Part shown: one piece after another, positions 1 through 9,627 of the stretch | Position numbering within the stretch: the stretch's first letter is position 1 | Layout of the letters: the number at the start of each line of letters is the position of its first letter | Virus record (IMG/VR): IMGVR_UViG_3300009154_000029 | Reading direction: 5' to 3' (one strand) | DNA length: 64,000 nucleotides | Source: a virus | Taxonomy: Duplodnaviria > Heunggongvirae > Uroviricota > Caudoviricetes | The notes under the pieces: generated by a model | Seen by the model: only the letters and a program-made list of their open reading frames with translations | The model's database searches: none | What the model was told of the DNA's origin: nothing | Made by a program: the position numbers and the translations under genes

Positions 1-33
1 AAGCCTTACATTTGGATTCTAAAACAAATAATT

Positions 34-411
34 ATGAAAATCTTATTAACACCAGAGGAATCAGAAAAATTCTTTTACAATTCACTTTGTAATGGCTTAG
101 GCTATGTTGAAGGGTATGGCTTGGAGCTCGACTTCAAGGAGAAAGATTATTTAGCCGCCCGTAAGAAGCTTAATTCACCCTGCTTTGAGGACGTGCTTAT
201 GCAGATACTCAAAGATGGCAAGCCACTTAAGATGATAGATCATGATTGTGATGGCGAGTACACCAGAAAGATCACATTAAAAGATGTGCACGAGAAGGTG
301 CAGACCACAGACGCTAAATGGCTGCTTCAAATGGAGCACGAAGAGGACGACGCCACCACAGCAGACTGCATCTTGCAAACTGTCTTCTTCGGAGAAATCG
401 TCTTTGGATAA
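34..411 (+). CDS. Hypothetical early protein
   Basis: 125 aa ORF behind an early promoter copy. Confidence 0.85.
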   Translation: MKILLTPEESEKFFYNSLCNGLGYVEGYGLELDFKEKDYLAARKKLNSPCFEDVLMQILKDGKPLKMIDHDCDGEYTRKITLKDVHEKVQTTDAKWLLQMEHEEDDATTADCILQTVFFGEIVFG

Positions 412-463
412 TTTTTTTATCTGGAAAGGATTCATTATCTTTACTTTCTAAAACAAAACAACT

Positions 464-1111
464 ATGCGTACAGTAACTCTCTACAAATTCGATGAACTTC
501 TGCCAGAGGCCAAGCCCAAGGCCATAGAAGAGGTCAGAGACGACCTCATGCAGTCTCAGGGCCACGAAGCCCTCCAATGGTCTATAGATGACTGCTCACT
601 GTTCGAGCCACCACACAAAGAGATGGCGGATCTGCTCGGTGAAGACTACTATGACAGGAACCTCACCCCAGATGGCAAGTATGGCCAGTTCGTCTTCAAG
701 AACAAACGCAAAGGGATTATGGTTGATCTGGATAGCAGCGACCTTTGTATAGCCGAGCCCTTGGAGATAACTAATGAGAAGATGTTTCTGAAGTGGCTCG
801 GTATACCTGAAGCAATGCAAGACAAGGTTAGCTGGTTCATTCAAGACGGCACCTTCGGTACCCAACTGAATATAGAGTACGCCGACTGGGTCTTAGAGGA
901 TGAGGAATTATCGGTTGATCCAGACGATCCCGTCTTCCAAGCCGCCAGGGATAAATTCGAAGACCACCTGAGTTCGATCCTACACCGCATACAAACCGGT
1001 TATGATGAATACTTCTCGGACGAAAACATTGCCGAGATCCTCTCAGAGTCAAACTTCGAGTTTAGCGAAGATGGAACCTTGATAGAGAACTCAAACAATT
1101 TAAACTTTTAA
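464..1111 (+). CDS. Hypothetical acidic early protein
   Basis: 215 aa ORF behind an early promoter copy. Confidence 0.85.
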   Translation: MRTVTLYKFDELLPEAKPKAIEEVRDDLMQSQGHEALQWSIDDCSLFEPPHKEMADLLGEDYYDRNLTPDGKYGQFVFKNKRKGIMVDLDSSDLCIAEPLEITNEKMFLKWLGIPEAMQDKVSWFIQDGTFGTQLNIEYADWVLEDEELSVDPDDPVFQAARDKFEDHLSSILHRIQTGYDEYFSDENIAEILSESNFEFSEDGTLIENSNNLNF

Positions 1112-1128
1112 ACCCAAAAACCAAGTAT

Positions 1129-1344
1129 ATGTCAAACGAAGAAAAAGCCCCTCGCACTTTAGAAGAGTTAATCGCAGACTTTAATGCCAGCTCTGGCGAG
1201 TTTGCCAAATTCCATAAAGAGCTAGGCGAAAGAGAAAAGATCCTCTTCAAAGGCTGGTTGCACCAGATGAGAGCCATGCCTCCATCTTTTTCAGCGGACC
1301 CAAATATAGGGATGGTCGGGGGATTAATAGATCGAAAACTTTAG
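1129..1344 (+). CDS. Hypothetical protein
   Basis: 71 aa ORF with A/C-rich leader. Confidence 0.7.
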   Translation: MSNEEKAPRTLEELIADFNASSGEFAKFHKELGEREKILFKGWLHQMRAMPPSFSADPNIGMVGGLIDRKL

Positions 1345-1374
1345 GTGGATTTGCTGTAGAATATATAAACGGAA

Positions 1375-1599
1375 ATGGCAGCAGTTAAGTTTATTTGCAA
1401 GACGAACAGCAAGAAAAACCACGAAGCTATCAAGAGTAAAGTTTATATGGCAGGTGGAGCTCTTCTAAGGGAAAAGATCTACAGAGACACCTCAACAGCT
1501 TTTGAAAGCGAATTGGAAGTTATTTCAGAAGGCGGAACAGTCTATAGAGAGGTTAAAGAGACGGGACTATCCACTTCGATTAATATTATAAATAATTAG
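1375..1599 (+). CDS. Hypothetical protein
   Basis: 74 aa ORF; AATATATA at 1360. Confidence 0.75.
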   Translation: MAAVKFICKTNSKKNHEAIKSKVYMAGGALLREKIYRDTSTAFESELEVISEGGTVYREVKETGLSTSINIINN

Positions 1600-1601
1600 T
1601 T

Positions 1602-1910
1602 ATGTTCGAAGATGACGATGACGAAATTAGTTCCTCAGAGGAACGAATGAGACAATACAGAGAAAAATCCAAACAGGAGTTTATCGAAGGTTGTTACGAA
1701 GCTTACGATCTTTTGGTTAAGAGTGGAAAGAAAGCCCTCGACGAAGCGGAGGTCTCATCGATCCAAAAGGCTATCAATCGGATGACAACATTCTTTATTC
1801 TTAGGGAGGAGTACGAGAAGTGCCAGTTCCTTAAGAGCTTTGTTAAAGACCATATGCCAGAGTTTCAAATAACTCCTGACGAATCAATTAAAGAAGATCT
1901 AAACTTTTAA
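1602..1910 (+). CDS. Hypothetical protein
   Basis: 102 aa ORF, tightly packed in operon. Confidence 0.8.
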   Translation: MFEDDDDEISSSEERMRQYREKSKQEFIEGCYEAYDLLVKSGKKALDEAEVSSIQKAINRMTTFFILREEYEKCQFLKSFVKDHMPEFQITPDESIKEDLNF

Positions 1911-1912
1911 GC

Positions 1913-2107
1913 ATGAGCAACAAAAAGGATAGCAAAGTCTCCTTTGAGAGCAAAGTTATGAACTGTAAAGGATGTCAAGAGAAAGTCAAGAATGTTGATA
2001 AGAATGCAGTTTCAGTTCTCTGCTGGAGGTGCTCCAGCGGAATGACCCAAAATAAAACCCAAGAATCTTATGGATCCAAGATCGGAGACACTCCTAAAGG
2101 AGTATAA
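1913..2107 (+). CDS. Small zinc-finger protein
   Basis: CKGC...CWRC motif pair. Confidence 0.7.
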   Translation: MSNKKDSKVSFESKVMNCKGCQEKVKNVDKNAVSVLCWRCSSGMTQNKTQESYGSKIGDTPKGV

Positions 2108-2285
2108 TAAAAGCGTAGAGAAATTAGCCCGCGGTATTTACCTGCAGATTATATCTATCAGAAGAGATATAGACTTATCTGCTATTAACCCGGAAGACAA
2201 GTACGCTATCGTATTAAATTCAATTCACCTTCTTACCAAACCAGTAACCACTGAAATGCTTTCTCAATCTATGAATCAAAAATGA
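2070..2285 (+). CDS. Hypothetical protein
   Basis: 71 aa ORF; ATGA overlap with next gene. Confidence 0.65.
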   Translation: MDPRSETLLKEYNKSVEKLARGIYLQIISIRRDIDLSAINPEDKYAIVLNSIHLLTKPVTTEMLSQSMNQK

Positions 2286-2572
2286 GATTGATAGACCATC
2301 TGAAAAAGAAATACCGGATTCTGAAAAAGGAGAAAGGTATTAAAAAAGAAACAGAGAGGAGAGGAGGTGTATCGGGGAGGTTAGAGGCAAGGAGAAAGAG
2401 ACAAGATGATATCAGAAAACACAAGGCGGTGATCATTCAAGGTCTGATCCGAAGCTGGGATCTCGGAGAAATCCGAAAGCCTTCGAGAGAGGAATATGAA
2501 ACCCTAAGGTGGTTCTATCGGGGGCTTACGTTAAAGTATTTACAAGACCTTGAAAAGAGATCATGGAGTTGA
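2282..2572 (+). CDS. Basic hypothetical protein
   Basis: 96 aa K/R-rich ORF. Confidence 0.7.
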   Translation: MRLIDHLKKKYRILKKEKGIKKETERRGGVSGRLEARRKRQDDIRKHKAVIIQGLIRSWDLGEIRKPSREEYETLRWFYRGLTLKYLQDLEKRSWS

Positions 2573-2606
2573 TATATAAACCCGTACGCCCAATTTTTTC
2601 ATACGT

Positions 2607-2645
2607 AAGGAGTCTTCTCTGTTAATGAAAGACTCCTTATTTTTG
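2607..2645 (+). terminator. Rho-independent terminator
   Basis: AAGGAGTCTT...AAAGACTCCTT hairpin followed by T-tract. Confidence 0.7.
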
Positions 2646-2732
2646 AAAAAGATTCTCCGAAATTTTTTATCTTCGATTTCTTATTCTATATTTGCTTTGT
2701 GATTCATTAATATATAGAATAAAACAACCACT

Positions 2733-3068
2733 ATGATAGTTTACGGTATAGCAGATGCACACGGATTAGAAAGCTTTAAACCAGCCGAGATCAATACTGA
2801 GTTAGAAAGATTCCAGATTGATCCAAGAGAGTTAAGCTTCATGTCTCTTAGAGTCAACGCCAACAGACATCGTCACGCAGTCATTTATCAAGCCGACGTT
2901 TCCGGCAAAGACGCAGTGGAGATTTTCAAACTGATAGACGAAGGCGAATATACCGGAGCTTTACTGAAACTAAAAGAGTGCGCCAAGGCTATAAGCTTAG
3001 GTAGAATGCCAGGAGCAGAGAAGAGCTGGAATCTTATCCCAAATCCAGATTTAGATCCGTATTCATAA
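2733..3068 (+). CDS. Hypothetical protein
   Basis: 111 aa ORF; TATATTTG promoter upstream. Confidence 0.85.
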   Translation: MIVYGIADAHGLESFKPAEINTELERFQIDPRELSFMSLRVNANRHRHAVIYQADVSGKDAVEIFKLIDEGEYTGALLKLKECAKAISLGRMPGAEKSWNLIPNPDLDPYS

Positions 3069-3086
3069 ACCCCAAAATAAATTTCG

Positions 3087-3332
3087 ATGAGTGTATTAAA
3101 AGTTGGAGACGAATTCAGAACTAACGACCTCAGCCTTATCCCCGGCGGTAAAACCGTCACAGTCATTTACCAGAACGGTAAGAAGCTTATCTATGACAAG
3201 GTAAAAAGTCCGGGTAAGTATATCAAATCAATATCCGAGAAAGTCTCGACTGACGGTAAAATTGTTGAGATCCTAGTAAACGGAAAACAAGTTTGGACCG
3301 ACAGTGAAACAAGATCGCCTTGGGACATATAA
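3087..3332 (+). CDS. Hypothetical protein
   Basis: 81 aa ORF. Confidence 0.8.
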   Translation: MSVLKVGDEFRTNDLSLIPGGKTVTVIYQNGKKLIYDKVKSPGKYIKSISEKVSTDGKIVEILVNGKQVWTDSETRSPWDI

Positions 3333-3345
3333 TATAAAAATAGTT

Positions 3346-3564
3346 ATGCAAAATTTTCTTAAAAACAATCAATCAGCTATCAAGATTTTTACAACAATTA
3401 TCGGAATCGGCCTTTTTGTTATGTTCCCTCTTTTATTAATCTGGGGATTAATGTTAATAGGTCTTCCGGTTAAAGTTACCCTAGGATCTTGGTTCGGAGG
3501 ACTACTAATTCTTTTCTTTATTATTCTGGCAAGCCGCATTGCTCAAGGAGTTAAAACCAAATAA
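3346..3564 (+). CDS. Small membrane protein (2 TM)
   Basis: Two hydrophobic segments; start moved to the in-frame ATG that avoids overlap. Confidence 0.7.
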   Translation: MQNFLKNNQSAIKIFTTIIGIGLFVMFPLLLIWGLMLIGLPVKVTLGSWFGGLLILFFIILASRIAQGVKTK

Positions 3565-3565
3565 T

Positions 3566-3826
3566 ATGTTCAATCAAAACACAGGCAGAGCAGTAGATCT
3601 TATCTTCATCAAAAATGAAGTGAGTAAGTATATCCCAACAGCCGACGCTAGGATCCTAAGCCAATTAGGTTATCTTATGCTAAACAAAGAGATTCCAAAA
3701 GAAAGCATTGAAGAGAATATGGGATCCGACGTTATCGAGGCTCTTCTAGATGAAATCGAATTTGCCAGTTATGATAGACTAAAAGAGATACACACAGCTT
3801 TAAAGACTCAAGGTCTTATAAAATAA
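3566..3826 (+). CDS. Hypothetical protein
   Basis: ORF starting 2 nt after previous stop. Confidence 0.75.
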   Translation: MFNQNTGRAVDLIFIKNEVSKYIPTADARILSQLGYLMLNKEIPKESIEENMGSDVIEALLDEIEFASYDRLKEIHTALKTQGLIK

Positions 3827-3856
3827 ATTTTTTATTTAAACCCAAAAATCAGAAAA

Positions 3857-4099
3857 ATGCAAGAAGCAACAAATGCAGGACAAAGTCCTAGAAAGAACAA
3901 CCGTTTGACAATGGATCAAAAAAGAGCAATCGCAAATCGTGCTCGTCGCCGTGGAGACGTTACCCGCGTTTCTCGTAAGACAGGATTCGCTATCAGTACA
4001 GTTAGTGAAGTTCTTTCAGGTAAGTACAACAATGCTCGTATCGTAAACGTTGCTTACGAAATGAGTCGTGGACGTAAGAACGCAAAGGTAGCTGCTTAA
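3857..4099 (+). CDS. Small basic HTH DNA-binding protein
   Basis: GDVTRVSRKTGFAISTVSEVLSG is an XRE/LacI-like HTH; strongly biased codons (CGT, GCT); terminator hairpin at about 4123-4148. Confidence 0.7.
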   Translation: MQEATNAGQSPRKNNRLTMDQKRAIANRARRRGDVTRVSRKTGFAISTVSEVLSGKYNNARIVNVAYEMSRGRKNAKVAA

Positions 4100-4209
4100 T
4101 CAGAAACCTATTCTTAGAAGAAGCCCAGAAATTTCTGGGATTTTTTTTGTGATAAATTTTTTTATTCGGAAAAGATGCTGTACATTTGGATTCTAAAAAC
4201 AAAACGACT

Positions 4210-4491
4210 ATGGAAAATGAAAAATTTGAAGTTGCAGTCTTTGATAGCTTTGATGACTCCGTCGCTATTACAGTTGAAGGGGATCTAAGCTATGAAGATG
4301 CCTTAGAGAAGGCAACCAATCTCTTTGAAACCGGAGACCACTATGGTGTGGAAATCATAGACCAAGATCCGGATAACATGGAACCTATTGTTTGGATAAT
4401 GACCAGAGACGATGATGACAACTTTGACGATTTCATAGACCCGGATTTCATAGACCCTGCGGGTGGTAGAGGCTTACATTCTCACATTTAA
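4210..4491 (+). CDS. Hypothetical acidic protein
   Basis: Start reassigned behind promoter; 15-bp internal duplication (DFIDP x2). Confidence 0.8.
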   Translation: MENEKFEVAVFDSFDDSVAITVEGDLSYEDALEKATNLFETGDHYGVEIIDQDPDNMEPIVWIMTRDDDDNFDDFIDPDFIDPAGGRGLHSHI

Positions 4492-4514
4492 TCTTAAACT
4501 AAAACAAAACAAAT

Positions 4515-4913
4515 ATGGGACGTTATTATTCAGGAGACATCGAAGGTAAATTCTGGTTCGCAGTTCAAAGCTCGGACGACGCATCTTTCTTTGGAGGATC
4601 TGATGAAGAGATCATAGACGAAGAGAGTGGAGAAGCCTTTGAATTGGAGTACTTCTTTCAGACTGGGGATCTTGAGGAAATAGACCACGGTATCGAAGAG
4701 TGTCTAAACCAACTTGGAGATCGAAAAGGTCAGCTCGATGCTTTCTTTGCACGCTTGGATGGTTATAACAACACTATGGTTTCAGAGTCTCTAGGGATTG
4801 AGCTAATAGAGGTTAGACCTCTTCTTGAGTGGTATGCCCGTTTGGAGCTTGGTGTTAAAATCCGTGACTGTGTAAAGGAAAAAGGACAATGTTCATTTAA
4901 TGCAGAACTCTAA
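4515..4913 (+). CDS. Hypothetical phage protein (MGRYYSGDIEGKFWF family)
   Basis: 132 aa ORF with AAAACAAAAC leader. Confidence 0.85.
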   Translation: MGRYYSGDIEGKFWFAVQSSDDASFFGGSDEEIIDEESGEAFELEYFFQTGDLEEIDHGIEECLNQLGDRKGQLDAFFARLDGYNNTMVSESLGIELIEVRPLLEWYARLELGVKIRDCVKEKGQCSFNAEL

Positions 4914-4922
4914 ATCACAACA

Positions 4923-5159
4923 ATGAAAACAACTATCCAGGAATTCAAAGCTTTATTGAAAAAGGATTACAAGGAGTATATGGATAATATTCCCCATGAC
5001 GACGATGCTATGCCAATGAGTGAGTATCATTCTAATAATGCAGACGTCTATGAAAGGCAGTGTGGTGTAATATGGGATGACCATAATGAGGAATGGTCCT
5101 ACACATTTGAAAATGAGAATTATAAGGATGAGGAAGACGATGATGAATTTTTCTACTAA
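4923..5159 (+). CDS. Hypothetical acidic protein
   Basis: 78 aa ORF. Confidence 0.75.
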   Translation: MKTTIQEFKALLKKDYKEYMDNIPHDDDAMPMSEYHSNNADVYERQCGVIWDDHNEEWSYTFENENYKDEEDDDEFFY

Positions 5160-5218
5160 TAATTTTTTTATCTGGGAATAAGTTGTTACTTTTACATTCT
5201 AAACCAAAAAACAAAATT

Positions 5219-5653
5219 ATGTCAACACGCTCAAGAATCGCTATTGAAAATCAAGACGGTACAGTTCGTTCAATCTATTGCCACTTTGATGGCTACCCTG
5301 AACATAACGGGGAAGTCTTATTTAAGAATTACAGGACACAAGAGAAAGTTGAATCTCTTATTTCACTTGGAGCTCTTTCGTCGCTTAGTGAGGAGATTGA
5401 AATTCCGGAAGGGGTAACACACAATTTCAATAATAGAGTGAAAGGTATAACGGTGGCTTACCATCGAGACAGAGGCGAAGATCTAAGTATCGAAGAACAT
5501 GAGAATGCAGAGGAATTTATGCTCGGCGATGTTGAAGAGTATGGTTATCTTTTCACCGCAGCTGGAGAATGGTTATTTGTTGATGGACACGTTAAAGCGT
5601 CAGGAAGAGAATTTCAAACTTTGGAATCTGTGTTAAGTAAACAGATAAATTAA
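5219..5653 (+). CDS. Conserved phage protein (TRS...SIYCHxDGYP family)
   Basis: N-terminal motif common in phages; start reassigned behind promoter. Confidence 0.85.
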   Translation: MSTRSRIAIENQDGTVRSIYCHFDGYPEHNGEVLFKNYRTQEKVESLISLGALSSLSEEIEIPEGVTHNFNNRVKGITVAYHRDRGEDLSIEEHENAEEFMLGDVEEYGYLFTAAGEWLFVDGHVKASGREFQTLESVLSKQIN

Positions 5654-5677
5654 AATAGTTTTTGGTTAGGTGGATAA

Positions 5678-5707
5678 AGTCTAAGCCCCGTAAGGCTTAG
5701 GCTTTTT
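5678..5707. terminator. Bidirectional terminator
   Basis: AAGTCTAAGCC-CCGTAA-GGCTTAGGCTTT between convergent genes. Confidence 0.8.
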
Positions 5708-6642
5708 TATGCGTACTTGGCCCAATTGCTAACTTTAAGGTTAGAGGTAAGTGAAGGACCCATATACTTGATAAATTCACGAATATTTCTTTTTAGACAC
5801 TGAACTCCTGCGTTAGCATTGTCTTCTATATTAAAAATGTCACCACCTGGAACATATTTAGTAAACTCTTCTTTGCTAAGAGCGAATAGTCCCCTATATC
5901 TTTTGTTTCCAACTTTTGGATTCAGCCCAGATTCTGTAGTAGCTACAGTGATAGCAAAATCGAAAGGCACGTTATACTTATTGCAATATTTAGTAATAGC
6001 ATTCTTTACCAGCTGGTTCTTTGGCTGGTTTATCAAACTCTGAGCTTCTTTTTGCTTGTAATTCCATTTCTCTTTCCACATAGTCATAAATAGATAAGCC
6101 GCAGATTTTTGATCTCCTGCATCTAAAGATTTTATTATTCCACTCTTAACTTTCGGCCTATCCGAAGGCACATTCATTATTAGGTTAGCGTATTTTACTC
6201 CCGCTTTAGTTTTAATTGTATCTGGATGCATAGTACCAATCCCCATAAAAGCTCTAAGAATACCCGTGGCTCCCGCAATACCTTGTTGATGCTGCATATA
6301 CAACATGAAGTCGTCATTTCCTGGAACCTGTGATATTCCCGAAACCGTTGACGACGGTTTTTGTGACGGCTCGTCTTTTAGGTCTGATGCACTGACGGTT
6401 CCAATTCTAGATTCACCGCTATCAACTACTGAATTTGATGTGCTTGTCCCTGGAGTTGTTCCCGGGGTGGTGGTTTGACCCACTCCATAGTTCTTAGCTA
6501 ATGCTTTTAGATATTCCACGTCTCCAGAAAGAAGAGCGGGTAGGGCTTTAGCTAGATCTTTTTTAAGTCCCTCATTTCCGTAGAATTCCTCATTGAGGTG
6601 ATTACCAGATTTTTCGAAGTCTTCAAAGTTTTTTATTGTCAT
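5707..6642 (-). CDS. Lytic transglycosylase (SLT-like), apparently permuted, with N-terminal tag
   Basis: TTESGLNP catalytic Glu motif, YRGLFAL, NANAGVQCL; GATATATA upstream. Confidence 0.75.
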   Translation of the reverse strand: MTIKNFEDFEKSGNHLNEEFYGNEGLKKDLAKALPALLSGDVEYLKALAKNYGVGQTTTPGTTPGTSTSNSVVDSGESRIGTVSASDLKDEPSQKPSSTVSGISQVPGNDDFMLYMQHQQGIAGATGILRAFMGIGTMHPDTIKTKAGVKYANLIMNVPSDRPKVKSGIIKSLDAGDQKSAAYLFMTMWKEKWNYKQKEAQSLINQPKNQLVKNAITKYCNKYNVPFDFAITVATTESGLNPKVGNKRYRGLFALSKEEFTKYVPGGDIFNIEDNANAGVQCLKRNIREFIKYMGPSLTSNLKVSNWAKYA

Positions 6643-6715
6643 ATCCTATATATCTCCATAATAATTTTTTTATCTCAAGAAGATGTCGTATATTTGTGTT
6701 CTAAAACTTAAAACT

Positions 6716-6928
6716 ATGTTCAATCCAGTCTTCGAAAAATTCGGTGTTATCAAAGTTGAAAATACCAGAATTAAAATCTACAAAGACAATTACAACCATC
6801 AAATGATTAACGTCAATGCTCCAGTCTCCCACGCACTATGGAACTCCGGCGTCCTTACCGTTTATCTTATGAACGGAGAAGTTAGAAGATATAGGGATCA
6901 TTACTACTATGACAATGTTAGGTTTTAG
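6716..6928 (+). CDS. Hypothetical protein
   Basis: ORF behind early promoter. Confidence 0.8.
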   Translation: MFNPVFEKFGVIKVENTRIKIYKDNYNHQMINVNAPVSHALWNSGVLTVYLMNGEVRRYRDHYYYDNVRF

Positions 6929-7009
6929 TCTGAAAAAGTTTTCAAATAAATTTTTTTATCTGAAAAGGTTTCTTTACTTTTACATCCTAAACCAAAAACA
7001 ATACATACT

Positions 7010-8035
7010 ATGGCATTCAAAGAACCAACAGGACAAAGAAAACCAATGAGCGACGAAGCCAGGGCTCGCATCGCAGAAGCTGTTCGACTAGCAGCTATCC
7101 GCAAAAGAGAGGCGTTGGGACTACCCACCGCTTCATTCACCCCGGCACCACAAGCTATGCATACACAATTTACCGACAAGCCCATTGAGCTTGTCCGCAT
7201 GAAAGACCAACACTTCGCGGACGATCTATTCATCCCGATGAAAACTGGCAAGGCTATTGACTATGTCTTCACCGAGGAAGGCGGAATACCCAAAGCCTGT
7301 AACTTCATGCTTATAGGTGACCCGGGGGTAGGTAAGTCCACGGTTTCGCTCGACGTCATTTCCGATTTGGCTCTGGCTGGTTATAAGGTTTTATTCATAT
7401 GCGCCGAAATGACACGTATAGATTTATATGGATACGTTAAGCGTTACCCAAAGTTTGGAGAAATTGATATTCTCTTCACCGGCGAATATTGCGACAGTAA
7501 CCCCAGGACAATTATAGAGAACGCACTCAAGCCGGGATATGACGTGGTTCTGATAGACTCCTTTGCAGAGGTTCAAGAGGATATCAAAGAGGCGTTAAAG
7601 GTTAGCAGTTCAAGTTCAGAAAAGTGGTTGATAGATCTTATGATCTCCAACAACCTCGGCGAAAATGACGCCCAGAAAAATACCACATTCATTGCCATTC
7701 AGCAGGTAACCAAAGGTGGTGTGTTCGTCGGTTCTAACAAACTCAAGCATAACACTACGGGAATGTTAGAGTTACGTTTCGATCCAGACTCTGGCACACA
7801 GTATCTTGTCTTCTCTAAAAATCGTAGAGGCACAGTTGGCAAACGTATGTTCTATTCCTTGTCCGCAACTGGAGACGTTCAATACGACCAAAGACGTTAC
7901 CACAACGACGAGAACGCAAGGGAAGCGTTAACTAACGAAAGGACCCTGATCGAGACAGAGGCCACAGCCTTCGATAAGCTCATCTTCGGCGATGAAATTC
8001 CTAAGATTCTTCAAAGCGAGAACGAAAATATATAA
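7010..8035 (+). CDS. RadA/Sms-like RecA-fold ATPase
   Basis: Walker A GDPGVGKS, Walker B VVLIDS, KNRRG (cf. RadA KNRFG); no Zn finger or Lon domain. Confidence 0.8.
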   Translation: MAFKEPTGQRKPMSDEARARIAEAVRLAAIRKREALGLPTASFTPAPQAMHTQFTDKPIELVRMKDQHFADDLFIPMKTGKAIDYVFTEEGGIPKACNFMLIGDPGVGKSTVSLDVISDLALAGYKVLFICAEMTRIDLYGYVKRYPKFGEIDILFTGEYCDSNPRTIIENALKPGYDVVLIDSFAEVQEDIKEALKVSSSSSEKWLIDLMISNNLGENDAQKNTTFIAIQQVTKGGVFVGSNKLKHNTTGMLELRFDPDSGTQYLVFSKNRRGTVGKRMFYSLSATGDVQYDQRRYHNDENAREALTNERTLIETEATAFDKLIFGDEIPKILQSENENI

Positions 8036-8103
8036 ACTATCAAAAAGATTTTTTTATCTCGTGGAATAATCTTAAATTTGCCATCTAAAATAAAATAAAC
8101 ACT

Positions 8104-9198
8104 ATGCCAAAATTTGAAACGATTTCTCAGCAGTTGTTCGACGCCAAGGCCAAAGAGGCTATGGACAGGACCCCAATCCGAAGGGAGTTCGGACTCAAGG
8201 ACATTGAGGTTATCAACAATGAGACCTTAGCCTTGGACGGAAGACACGTGCCGATGAACGGCGAGGCTTTTAAAGGACTCTGTAAGATTATCGGTTTGCC
8301 TGTTGGGTTTGACCGTACCTTCTCAGAAGCCTTCGGAGACAAAGCTCGTCAGCAACTCGTTAATAGGCTAAAGATTGCCAGTCAGGCCAAGGGTAACACC
8401 ACGGTTTCGTTGGTGCTTAACCCGGACACCAAAAAGATTGTTGGAGTTCAAGCAGACCCAAAGGATCTTATCTCAAATCAAACTTTCGTCAGCACTGCTA
8501 GCGATATCATTAATAAGTATGATTTGGAAGTCAATAACTTCTCAGTCAACAGCGATGGTGGGGTAGCTATCAACGCCTCATCTCCCAAGAACGTTTGGGG
8601 ATTGCAAGGGTTAAAGGACGAAGAGTTCTACGGTGGTATCTCTTTCACCAACTCACCTAACAGCGGGTTTCAAGTTAGTCCTTACCTTCAGCGTTTGGTT
8701 TGCGCCAACGGTATGATTGGTAGAAGCTTTGAGGAGTCAATGAAGCTCGGACAAATGGACGGGAAATCAATGGAGAAATTCTGGAAGGGACTTAACGAAT
8801 TAGCAGACAGAGGCTTTCGTCCGGAGTCGTTCGAGAATAAAGTGAGATTGGCTATGGAGACGAGAGCCTCATTGGCCGAAATGGAAAGTGCCATTTATGA
8901 CCTTAAGGCTTACTCCGACGCCGACACCAAGGAGTTGGAAGCTTGGATCCCTTTGGTTTCAACAAAGGCTAAATTCCACTTGGCAGGTATCGACACCAAC
9001 ACCTTCACGGGTAATCAAAGGAAGGGAGCTAAGACCGGAACTTCGGTTTGGGACTTAATCAACGGCATCACTCACTTCGCAACACACGACAACGGTTTCA
9101 AGATCGAAGACTATGACCGTCGTAAATTGCAGGTTGAAGCTTCAAGATTGTTGACTAAGAATTATGATATGGCGAACTTTGTAAAAAGTCCATTCTAA
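8104..9198 (+). CDS. DUF932-like protein
   Basis: QRLVCANGMI signature. Confidence 0.7.
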   Translation: MPKFETISQQLFDAKAKEAMDRTPIRREFGLKDIEVINNETLALDGRHVPMNGEAFKGLCKIIGLPVGFDRTFSEAFGDKARQQLVNRLKIASQAKGNTTVSLVLNPDTKKIVGVQADPKDLISNQTFVSTASDIINKYDLEVNNFSVNSDGGVAINASSPKNVWGLQGLKDEEFYGGISFTNSPNSGFQVSPYLQRLVCANGMIGRSFEESMKLGQMDGKSMEKFWKGLNELADRGFRPESFENKVRLAMETRASLAEMESAIYDLKAYSDADTKELEAWIPLVSTKAKFHLAGIDTNTFTGNQRKGAKTGTSVWDLINGITHFATHDNGFKIEDYDRRKLQVEASRLLTKNYDMANFVKSPF

Positions 9199-9220
9199 TA
9201 TTCCTCCCCTACATATACAG

Positions 9221-9246
9221 GTCCAGGTTATACTGGACTTTTTTTA
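9221..9246 (+). terminator. Rho-independent terminator
   Basis: GTCCAG-GTTATA-CTGGAC followed by T-tract; near-identical stems at 36570 and 41060. Confidence 0.8.
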
Positions 9247-9351
9247 TGCCCCCTGACATAGTATGATGGTAAGATAGTGTGCGTACGTGAGCCCGCAGGG
9301 AAAGTTCCAAATTTATTTTTTTATCCCAGCATTGGTTATTATATTTGGGAT

Positions 9352-9567
9352 ATGAAAAAGAATAAACCAGAATTTACAAAGGAGAAAATCTTAGACGTAG
9401 CCCAGCATTTGGGTGCAGCTAAGTTTATGACATGGGCAAACGATAACGATCTCCGTCCTGTAATAGAGAATTACGATGACGTGTTTGATCTTAATAGAGA
9501 CCGTGCTCTTATAGATGTTGATGGACATAAGCTTGAGTTCGAAGAGGGAAAGATAAAAATGGAATAA
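9352..9567 (+). CDS. Hypothetical protein, near-leaderless
   Basis: ATG 4 nt after TATATTTG. Confidence 0.75.
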   Translation: MKKNKPEFTKEKILDVAQHLGAAKFMTWANDNDLRPVIENYDDVFDLNRDRALIDVDGHKLEFEEGKIKME

Positions 9568-9627
9568 ACATTTTTATTCCTCGGGAAGATTTTCTACATT
9601 TGTCTTCTAAACCTAAAACACAGAACA

